A stretch of 64,000 nucleotides of DNA from Eledone cirrhosa (taxonomy: Eukaryota), in contig OZ024742.1 in the NCBI GenBank assembly GCA_964016885.1, positions 77,376,001-77,440,000 of the forward strand, given 5' to 3'. Of this stretch, positions 52,861 through 64,000 are shown one piece after another (the stretch's first letter is position 1; the number at the start of each line of letters is the position of its first letter). The notes beneath the pieces were generated by a model that worked only from the letters and a program-made list of their open reading frames with translations, was not told where the DNA came from and made no database searches. The position numbers and the translations under genes were made by a program.

Positions 52861-53165
52861 ATATTGTTATACTTTGGGAGGGTCATGTTGCCAATAGGAA
52901 ACACACGCACCAGTTGCTTTCACTTCAATTTATTATAATAAATTTATAATAAATTTATAAATTTATAAATTTCTGGTCGGTTGGTTGGTTCCACAACCAG
53001 ATAGTTGTTTATATATTGTCATAGTTCTTTCGTCACACACTCTGTGACCTCTTCAGTGACTGGGGATTCCTTTCTTTGTTTCTGTGCCTCTCCTTTGTTC
53101 TGTCCTACGCCATTTTGTTTCTGGGTCTTATTGGCAATATGACCCTCCCTAAGTATAACAATATA
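52861..53165. mobile_element. Short module with ~40-bp inverted ends enclosing a hammerhead
   Basis: ATATTGTTATACTTTGGGAGGGTCATGTTGCCAATAGGA (52861-52899) is inverted at 53127-53165. Confidence 0.75.
53018..53060 (-). ncRNA. Minimal type I hammerhead ribozyme
   Basis: GTCA-CTGAAGA-g-GTCACAgagtgTGTGAC-GAAA-GAAC-TA-TGAC. Confidence 0.8.
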
Positions 53166-53995
<830 letters not shown>

Positions 53996-54389
53996 GCTAT
54001 TTTTTCCTCTCTCTATATATCTCCCTTACATTAATACTTGAGCTAAATAAATAAATAAATAAATAAACGTATCATTGATACATTTACTCAAAATGACCTC
54101 CCACTACCTAATTTTCTATATATATATATGTATCTATCTCTATTTCCTCTCTCTCTATATATATATATATCTCTTTCTGTTTCTTTACATGAAGTTCTTC
54201 GCTTTATCTATCTTTCCATCTCTCTATTTTGTTCCATGCATTTCCTCTTTCTCTTCTTTTTCTTCCTTTTCTTCGTTTTCTGTCTTTCTTTCTGTTTTCT
54301 CTCTTTTTCTTTCTCTCTGTGTAAAATTTTTTCATAGCCAGAGTAAACCTCTTCAAATGAAGTCGGTGTTATAACGGTATGTCGAACCT

Positions 54390-55100
54390 ATTTGTCTATA
54401 AAACTGTTTATATTGTATTTTGTTTGATGAAGGCATAGCATATTGTTAATATGATATCCCCGAAATATATATAATGAAATAAATATGGTTTTATAAATAT
54501 AGTTTTCCATTTAATTAATATTGTAAATATACTCCAAATATTTGTCGAGTGCTTTTATACCAGTTATAAATATTTACTAGTTGTAACCCAACAATTTTAA
54601 ATATAACTTTCCATATATATGTATATATATATTTATGTATATATATGCACACGTTTTATTTAAAATTGTTGGGTTACAACGAGTAAATATTTTATAACTG
54701 ATATAAAAGCACTCAACAAGTTTTGGAGTATTTTACGATATTAAACAAATGGAAACTACATTTATAAAACCATATTTATTTCATTATATATATTTCAGGG
54801 ATATCATATTAAAAATATGGTATGCCCTCTTCAGACAAAATACAATATATAAACAGTTTTATAAATAAATTTGTCATACCTTAAAATTTTACAACTTCCA
54901 TTTAAAAGTTGTTTTGGTAGTCTACCAAAACAACTTTTAAATGGAAGTTGTAAAATTTTAAGGTATGTCAAATTTATTTATAAAACTGTTTATATATTGT
55001 ATTTTGTCTGAAGAGGGCATACCACATTTTTAATATGATATCCCTGAAATATATATAATGAAATAAATATGGTTTTATAAATGTAGTTTCCGTTTGTTTA
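54390..55100. mobile_element. Triple pLTR in +/-/+ arrangement (two nested inverted repeats) with three hammerheads
   Basis: HHRs at 54417-54480 (+, core TTGATGA), 54778-54841 (-) and 55001-55064 (+): ATTTTGT-CTGAAGA-GGGCATA..TATCCCT-GAAA-TATATA-TA-ATGAAAT. Hairpin centre GGTAG-T-CTACC at 54921. Flanks resemble 39230-39335. Confidence 0.9.
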
Positions 55101-55121
55101 CTATCGAATGTATATATATAT

Positions 55122-55264
<143 letters not shown>

Positions 55265-55599
55265 ATGATAGTGTAATGGACACAAAACAAACACGCAAAA
55301 TGTAAAAAAATTAAAACACTTCAAACACTCTTCCCATCAAGCAACAGTTGTACCTCCTCCTTCTTCTTCTTCTTCTTCTTTCTTGCTGTTGTTGTTGCTG
55401 TCGTTGTTGTTGTTGTTCATTTTTGTAAATCCCAGACACAGGTTAAATGATGTGCATTCAGGTAGGGAAGGTCGACAAAAGGTTGACAAATCTCCTTCAA
55501 TTCATCATCTCCTGTGCCATAAATAGACAGGTTTTGCCTTGAAATCCTAGCTGTACATAGTAATGCTGTCATCTGCATAACCATGTATCAAAATCCGAT

Positions 55600-56650
55600 T
55601 CGATTTACACAGCTTTCAAAACGGTCTGATATGATCCCAAAAGCTCCGAACACCACAGGAATCACTAACGCTTTCTGCAATCTCCACAACCTCCCAACCC
55701 TCTCTCTCAGTGACCCATGCATGTCTGACCTTCTCGTCTCAAACATTCAATAGTATTGAATGGTGAAGTCCAACAAAAGTTTAAATAACTTTAATTCTTT
55801 AACAACGCTTCTGTTCTCTATCTATACCATTTAGTGGTTCTGACAAACCAACATTTCTGAAATATCATTAAATGAATATAAGTGGCAACATTATCTTTTT
55901 TACTCTCGCTGTGCTAACAACACATTCGCTTACAATATGGCCGACCGTTTCTCATTTTGTTCAATACATTCTATATAATGGGGATTTATCGTTTTGTCAA
56001 CATGATGTTTAATGTAGTTAGTTCGAAGTGTCTACTCCTGGGTGCTGCATACTTGAGCTTCAGTGCATCCTTTCAGATCACCATTTTCATCCACAACCAG
56101 CTTTGTTTCCAATCAATGCCTTTTTTTATTGCCCATGTGTAAGTTTATCCTTCCATTACTTTTCATGTTCCTTTTTCACCCTCTTCTTCTATTAATTATG
56201 TGCTACTGAATCAGTGTGACGTTGTTCCTTACTTTTGACATGGTAACATACCCATACATGCTTAAGGTACCAAGCTAGGTTGTTGTCGTCGCTTTTGACA
56301 CAAATACTCACAATTAATTAATACTCTGCCTCCTGTTTTTCTTTCGACATCACCCTTTTGAGTGGAGAATGTTATACATCAATTTCCTAGTTTTCCTATC
56401 AATACGTTCCAATTCATCTTTCCTCCATTTAATAACTCCTGTCACATAGCGCATGAGTGATAAACATAATGTATTCGTTGCCTTGGTTTTTTCCCTTCAA
56501 TACTATTAATACAATATTACAATCTCGCCTGTCTGAGAATCTTTTTTGAATATATCCTTCACGTCTTTAAATTTGATCTTATCCAACTCAAAGACTTCCA
56601 CATAATTTTATTCTTCCTCTCTTGCTTCTTTAATAGCATGGCTATTTGCA
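55600..56650 (-). mobile_element. Decayed R4/Dong-clade LINE 3' part
   Basis: TEAQVCSTQE*TLRTNYIKHHVDK, ETVGHIVSEC, DNVATYIH and VIPVVFGAFG are homologous to ORF 9049-10128. Confidence 0.75.
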
Positions 56651-56662
56651 AGCTAAATCCAT

Positions 56663-56897
56663 CGGTGCGGCTGATTAGCAGTATCGATAGAGCGTCGGAC
56701 ACTATGCCTTTGTGGCAAAGAGTTATGGTCCTTTACGTTCTGATTTCAAATCCCGCCGTGATTAGCTTTGCCTGTTATCCTTACGGGGTCGAAAAAATAA
56801 AGCACCAGTAATGCACTGGGTCGATTTAATCAGCTTTCCCTTGCCTTTCAAATTGCTAGCCCTGTGCCTAAAGTAGAAACAATTATTATTATTGTTA
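56663..56897 (+). mobile_element. tRNA-derived SINE, full length, (ATT)n tail
   Basis: Head TAGCAGTATCGATAGAGCGTCGGAC, B-box-like GATTTCAAATCCC, and core GGGGTCGAAAAAATAAAGCACCAG. Confidence 0.85.
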
Positions 56898-57059
56898 TGG
56901 CAGCGAAAGAGTAATACCTACAAGTCTGAGGGAGAAACGGTTCGTAAATTTAAATGTTTGATTTGCTATTTTGTAATGTTTTGTTGATAACGGGACATAA
57001 GGAACCCATCTTTGGCATGAGGAAGAGACCTTTTAATATTTGTGCCATAGGCCCATATA

Positions 57060-59165
57060 TTTGAGGTGGGGTGACTGCTATTTAGGAAAGACCTGGATCT
57101 CGAAGTAAGATTGATCTTCCGGGATCCAAGGGTAGTTTGGGGGTCCTGGACGCGTACAATAGCGAAGGTGGTTACTTAAGACTAGTGGGCGTTTACGCCA
57201 CGACCGGGGCCGGGCGGAGGGACATCTTTAGTCGCCTGCAAGACTTTCTGGGAACGTATCGCCCTTTACTATTTGCAGCGGACTGGAACGGAATCATAGA
57301 TGCACGCCGGGCTTGTGTGGGAGAAGCTGATAGGTGCAGGTGGTGCAAAATCTTCAAGTACCTGATCAGCCAGTTCCGAATGTCTGAGAGGTTGCGCCAA
57401 GATTTCCCCTGTGTGCCAGTGTGGACCTGGCGCAACCGCACAGGATCATTTAGCTCGTATATAGATATGGTTTCTTTAGGACTATAGACACATTTCTTAT
57501 TTGTATCGACCTAGATAAGACACGCAAGTTAGGACCTGGTTAATTGAAGTTAAACATATTGTTTCTGGCATGTAATGCTTACAGGGAGCAGGTCAATAGT
57601 TTAGTTAAGAAAACGTTGACAGGGAGGCTGTCAACAACAGGTGGTGTGGGGGGGGGGGACTCTAAAAAGAGACATTTGACTAATTTTGATAAAGTTCCGC
57701 AAAGAAGTAGCTTTAGAGAAAAATATAAAGGCGGGAGGGCTGTTAGATCAATTATACGGGGATATTTGCAGTGGCAGTGCAACTGAAGTGCTAGCGGCGA
57801 GAAGGGATTTAGAACATTTTTTCAATGCAAAATACGAAGGTTGCATTTTCAGAGCAGAGGCACGTGATGTAAGAAACGAAGGAACCAAAACCGATCGATA
57901 CTCCCGCGTGGCAGAGTCGCAGCGTGGTAAAAAATCCACAATTCGGTTTTGACGGACCGAATCGATCACGGGCTGAACGATTCCAGGCAGATGTGTTAAG
58001 CCTTTCGCCAGCATTTTGCTCGGCTGTTCAAGGAGAGCGGCGGACGGAATCGGTAGCAGATATCAGTCCCTTCCTCGACGGCCTTCTGCGTTCCTCGAAC
58101 ACCGATTCTGAGTGCTGCGAAAGACCGATAACTTCAGCCGAGATTAAAGTTGTACTAGTCAGCTGCATAAAGCGCATGTCACACGATTTGTAAGGTATAC
58201 CTTACGAGCGGTATGTCAAATGCGCCTTCTCTCCTCCCTTCTGCACGTATTAACTCTCGAGCATTCATGGAAGCTGGACTGTTGCAGGGCCTTCTACTCG
58301 AAGCGAGACGCCGAAAGACTGTTTCGGCATATGCAGACGACACTAGAGTGTTGGTTTCAAAACCTCGGAAATCGAGGTTCTCGACATCTTCGTGGAGGAA
58401 TATGAAATGATAACGGGAGCAAAGCTAAACCTCGAAAAATCGTTTGGTTTGCAGCTCGTTACCCGGAGAGGCATATCCATGCCGTCCAACATCATGGGAC
58501 GCTGGACTGACGGACCGCTAAAGTTGCTTGGGGTTTGGATCGGACCAGACTTCCAGGTGGACGAGAATTAGGACGTGGCTGCTATCAGGGTAGCCACTCT
58601 CACCCAGAAATTGGCCGAGAGGAAGCTGTTCCTGAAAGATCGGGTGGAGATGCCGAACGTCCGTCATCTACTACTATCTGACTGTAGTGCCTTGCCCCCG
58701 TTGGCGCCTCCCAAAATTAAAACGGCTCCACTTGAAATTCTTGTGGAGGGGACAGGTTCCGTTAGTGAGACGGTGCATTTGCAGGCAGCAGCCTCTACAC
58801 GGAGGGCTGGGCATACGGTGGCTAATGATACGTTGAGGCTGGGGCATCTCCAGATATGTTGCCTAACGGTGAACTGTTATGGTCAAAGTTTCTGAGACAG
58901 TACTTACTGCAGCTCGTATCTTTGACTGAGCTGCAGTCTTGGACCATGAAGAGACCGAGACTGGGCGCCTGGCATCTGGAATGTTTCCAAGCGCTCACTG
59001 GCATTTGAAAGATGCAGTCAGTGGGACTTCCACTCTCTATAAAGAATTAATGGTGGGCAAATGCCACGGCACACTACGAGACGCTTTGCCCATCGACAAA
59101 CTCGAACACATCTGTGTATTCTAGAGGACCTTCAAGCTGGGGACAATGGATTACTTTCCAGAGAA
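57060..59165 (+). mobile_element. Decayed, internally deleted Tx1 ORF2 copy related to 3210-8916
   Basis: LVGVYATTGAGRRD, ADWNGIIDAR, VWTWRNR, FNAKYEGC, ECCERPIT, VSAYADD, TQKLAERKLFLK. Confidence 0.9.
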
Positions 59166-59241
59166 GTGATGACCTCCAATACATTTGTCAAATCTTTGTT
59201 TCAATTAAAAATATCCACACTCTAGACTGTGTCAGTTATTA

Positions 59242-59367
59242 AGGTTCTCAACGGAGGGCATATGCCCCGCGGGGCGTTTCGGAGATCAGGAGGGGGGGAT
59301 ATACACACACAGGGCGGCATATATACACATACAGGCCGGCGTTAGTGTTTGATGGGGTTGAGAACCT
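59242..59367. mobile_element. Possible hAT/Charlie-type MITE
   Basis: 11-bp terminal inverted repeats AGGTTCTCAAC / GTTGAGAACCT resemble MER5/Charlie ends. No clear 8-bp TSD. Confidence 0.45.
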
Positions 59368-59469
59368 GGTCAGCTTTCAACCACAGCTGTGGTATTTAAT
59401 CTCCCTAGGTAATAAAATCTGGAGACAAAATGTTCACCTTACGAAAAAAACACCATAAATCTTCTCAAC

Positions 59470-59744
59470 ATCCTTACACACTTAAATATAAATGCATAGC
59501 TATATACATACGTAAATCTATGTATGTATGTTTGTATTTAGATTTATATATATATATATATATAAAATTGGTGTGGGATGCTTAAAGCGTCCGTAAGCGG
59601 TATGCCGTTTGAGCACTCGATGCTCTTACAGAGCAGAGTATAATATCACATAAGAAACGGAGAATCAGTGGTGAATCTCCGGTTCTTATGTGATATATAT
59701 ATATATAAATCTACATACATACATATATATGTATGCATGTAGAT

Positions 59745-59799
<55 letters not shown>

Positions 59800-59943
59800 T
59801 AGATAGATATATAGATTTATTTATATATATATATAAATAAATCTACATGCATACATACATATATATAAATCCACATACATATATACATACATACATTTAC
59901 GTATGTATATATACATGCATTTATATTTAAGTGTGTAAGGATA
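59470..59943. repeat. Nested inverted repeats around TA tracts
   Basis: ATCCTTACACACTTAAATATAAATGCAT (59470) is inverted at 59915-59942. Inner hairpin ATATCACATAAGAA..TTCTTATGTGATAT at 59643-59696. Confidence 0.8.
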
Positions 59944-60639
59944 TATATATATATATATATATATGGCGTTGTTATATTTGTTGTTCAAAAGAGCAGTGGC
60001 CTTTGACCTGGCAATAAAGACTGGAGTCAAAATTCTTTCTGTACCAAAACCAAGGCAAGTTTGTGTGTGTGTGTATGTATGTATGTGTTAGTGTGTGTGT
60101 GTTCGTGCCCCTTTGCGTGTGTATCTATCCATGTATATATATATATATATAAGGGATACAGATATGGCTTTCTCACTGTCACCAAGCTTCTCAATTCATT
60201 CGTTGCTACTAAGTATTTTATTTTGCTACGAGGTATTTTATTTTGCTACGAGGTATTTTATTTTGCAAGGTACTATTTTTCCCCTGAGTTTGTGATTTCA
60301 GAGAAGTAAGAAATTCTTCTTATTTTGCATATTTTGTATTTTGACATTATAGTTTGAATTGTAGAATTGTCTATCCACTCAAAATATTACAACAGCTAAC
60401 AGTGAAATATAGAATTTAACAAAAAAGAAGATTTTTCGACTGAGATCATATATTTGAGAACATTCACGTCTATTTTTCAAAAACATATAATTTGAAATAG
60501 CTTGCTTTTGTTTTGGACTGAAACATTTTTGTATTTAATTCGTACGAGTATTTTTTAAAGATTCTAACATAACTTGATTTGGCCCAGTAATCTACTGTAT
60601 CAACATCAGTAGTATATTGAAAAATGGAAAACTAGGGTC

Positions 60640-61130
60640 GGTGGACGTTTCGTGATTTCGAGCGTTGGCCGAAATGGGTTGAGAACCTTTGGTTTAGACA
60701 TTGATAGTGGTAATGAAGTTTTTTGCAGCTCAGTTTCGTTTTCAGTAACACTTCTAATCTTTTTACGTAGACTTCTTTCACATGTCCTTTCATCTTCCTA
60801 TTTAGAACTTTGTCAAGCTCTACAATGCCCAGATATATGTACCTACTAGCATCAGGGTCACCAATCGACGCTTCATTAGGTATCTCAGTCCCACCTATAT
60901 GTACATGCCTACATTTCTTTATAGTCAGGGTGGCTCAGTTTGCAATACTAAATTCCATCCCAAATTCCCTACAATACCACTGGTCATGCTTTAACCAGTG
61001 AGTTAATCTGAGATTCATTCCTGCCAAAGAGCTTCAGATCATCCATATTAAGTAGATGATTGATCTGACGTCCACTGTTTTCTATCTGATACCAATATCT
61101 TTTCCTCGTAAGACTATTGATAGAAGAATG
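60640..61130 (-). mobile_element. Decayed R4/Dong-clade RT fragment
   Basis: INHLLNMDDLKLFGRNESQINSL, FGMEFSIAN and YIYLGIVELD. Confidence 0.75.
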
Positions 61131-61540
61131 GTAACAATCACAAAAACAATGATGAGAAGGAATCTACTTGAACTATTCCTCCTCATTTTTTCCGTCTTTA
61201 AGTTTATTCACACTATTTATAACATAATTATTTAGCGGCTCCACGCATAATCACAATACTGTTTATATTAACTTTATCCTCTTAGGGCTTCGGAAAAGTC
61301 CTAGCGATCGGCTATGCATACACGATATATTTTCATATACATATATATTTTTATATTATTTTCTTTCATATGTTGTGACATTGACTTGGGAAAACAGTGA
61401 GTCAGTATGTTTTAGTCAAACGTACATACAAATGTAATATATTCCATGGACACACACTAACGTTCAAACAGACATGTACGCGTATACATAATTACATCCA
61501 TACATACTCACTCAAAGCAAGCACACGGCACCCCCCTCCC

Positions 61541-61614
<74 letters not shown>

Positions 61615-63659
61615 CATATATATATATGTATTTACATAGGGAGAGAAAATGAAGGAGAAATAATATGTACATGACAATATTTGTTTATATAAGTGTTCGC
61701 CTGTATGTATACGTGTGTGGCATAGATGTTTCTCTGAAAATGTTATATTTCTTTCATCAATTGGGATGAATAGAAGATGACGAACAAGAAAACGTTATGT
61801 ATGTATATATATATATAAGTAATGGAATACAAATAAATATTATTAGTTTGCATAATGCAAAGGTAAACTAAAAATAGTCATTCCCTTAAAAGATTACGTA
61901 TTCAGGCGTAAGCAAAATTGAACAATACCACGTTTCTTTATCTACTTTAGAGCATTGAGTTGCGTGCAAGATGTTTTTTACCTTGTGCCGTTTTTCAGCG
62001 CTGCAATTTATATTCTGCCTGCTGTCGGTAAACTAGTGCATTAGATTTGCCCCCCAGGACCATCCAACATTTATGTAGTGTCGATAATAAAAAAAAATCT
62101 ATTTCAGAAATATATACTACTCAACACAGATATACGAAATTATCTTATTTTTATTATTATATATATAATAATTTTCTCGATTCTAAAACCGATACTATAT
62201 ATAAGTATATATAATATTGAATTTTTGGAATAAAAAAAATGTATGATATAATTATAATAAAAGAAATTAGATTTCAGAATAACAGAAATATCTTTATATG
62301 TCGCAAGTAAAGGATGTATTTTTATTTTCTCTATTATCTTAAAAATTGTTGAAATTAGATAGGAATCAAAAAAAAGAAAATGTTATCTAGATTTCATAGC
62401 GAGATTCGAAAATAGTAAATAAAGATGTTTAAAGCCAAGTAGCTTTCAAAGTACCACGGGGGAATAAAGATACGTTATTTTTAAAGAGAAATGAACAGCA
62501 TATATAGATTTTTTTTTCAGAACATAATATGATTTCAGCAGAAAAGTGACAATCAAAACAAAATATAACTGGAGATGGGACTTAGAATGGTATCATTAAA
62601 TATAAAAACCAAATCTAAGAATAATTGGTTTTAGAATTACAGATGGAATACTATATATGTATATCTCCACTTATTTAAATTCTCTTAAATATTTCTATAG
62701 AGAATGTGAATGTTTTGTAACATAGAAACAAAGCAATATCATTAGAATTTAGATAACATGAACCGTAAAGACATGCATTTCGAATAATAGAAAAAAACAT
62801 TTTCCACTTTCACTGATCCTCTTTCTATTCTATTTCGGAATATGAGTTACATTGTAACTTTCATTGATTGAAAACTCCAGTCCTTTCCAGATAATTACCT
62901 AAAATTTGATATCATAATATACTGCGCTAATGATACGAGCACAAATATAAATGTATATTATTAGAGGACACGTAAATGTTTGAAGTTAGTTAAGCATGTA
63001 TGTATTCTATGTATATTATATTATATTGCTTTCGTTATTTGATATCTCTCTATAAAGAGGGAGTTATTTTCTAACAAAGGAAAAACATTATAGTTGGTAT
63101 GTTGATAACAATATCGAACATATTTATGGTTCCGTTTACATATTTTATTTTGCAAATTGTGTTTGATGATCAGTTTCTATGCATGAGAAGCAATATACAA
63201 GTTCATTAACTGGCAATGTCAACTAATATTTAGAAATACAAATATGGATTTATAATCTCGTAAGGGAAACGATAGGTTTTAGAAATAGCTCGCCATAAAT
63301 ATGTTCTTTCTGACTGTGTTTTGAAGAAATACTTACATCTGTAAAACAGCCATCATCTATAACTGCATATAATTTTTCTTCTCTTAAATTTTCTGTCTGA
63401 AAGGCAAAATAGTATCACTTGTGTTGAATCACCTTTTCTTGTGTTGAATCACCTTTTCTTGTGTTGAAATATATATATTTATCAACATAAATATGTATAA
63501 CTTTCTCAGTTCAATCTTTTGTTTGCATAAAGTATTGTATTTTGCTTTTGTCACTTGGTAGATAATTCTTCAATGATATTTGTTGAAAGAGATGGATCTC
63601 ACGTGTAATGCCTTCAGTGGAAATTAGATTGAATGAAGGTGGCCGTATATTTTAATGCA

Positions 63660-63870
63660 CATAAAGATAACTAAATCCTGCACTTCAAATGTCCATACAA
63701 GATAAGTCTCATGAGTCCAAGAGAGGCTGCGCTCCCAGTAATTAGCTTCACCTTATGCTTAACATTTGACAGGGGGCATATGCTGTGATTCACTACAGGG
63801 CTCTTTTGAGATATGCTATATAGTTGTTGTTTGATTGTATGGAGCCTATTCGTTATTATTTTTGAAAAGT
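63660..63870 (-). mobile_element. Possible LINE APE endonuclease fossil
   Basis: ITAYAP and LILYGHLKCRI (like LILLGDFNARV) occur in different frames. Confidence 0.35.
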
Positions 63871-64000
63871 ATTTCATTAATAATTTCTTCTCTGTTTAAG
63901 TTTGTTAACAAATTTATCATTATATTAACACGTGACATTAAAAGATCACCTGAAGAATTATTATTTTATTAGTGTCTTGGATAGAGCCTGCAGTTTCACT

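Noticed and set aside
60214-60268. Short ~20-bp direct repeats (also 63419-63468) as a CRISPR-like array
   Set aside because: Tandem duplications without spacers, in eukaryotic DNA with no cas genes.

Overview
AT-rich eukaryotic intergenic or intronic DNA with no recognisable host gene. The microsatellite load and SINE family look like an octopus/coleoid cephalopod genome (inference). Most ORFs in the track are (TA)n/(TG)n/(GAA)n artefacts. Real coding relics are all transposable elements: a near full-length Tx1-clade LINE (3210-8916) bracketed by (AAT)n, two more Tx1 relics, three R4/Dong-type RLE LINE relics, a CRE-like RLE LINE with an internal inversion, a CR1-type LINE, RTE relics, Penelope-like elements (PLEs; Hydra-like and Neptune-like), tRNA-type SINEs and a hAT fossil. 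The main unannotated signal is about 20 intact, degenerate or half type I hammerhead ribozymes (HHRs) from several unrelated sequence families. Most sit in short ORF-less fold-back (inverted-repeat) modules inserted in (TA)n tracts, and two or three sit at the ends of PLE coding relics. Four long-stem-II families share a C-C mismatch at stem II position 4, and two fold-backs pivot on the ribozyme's stem II. All structures were folded by eye and nothing was searched.
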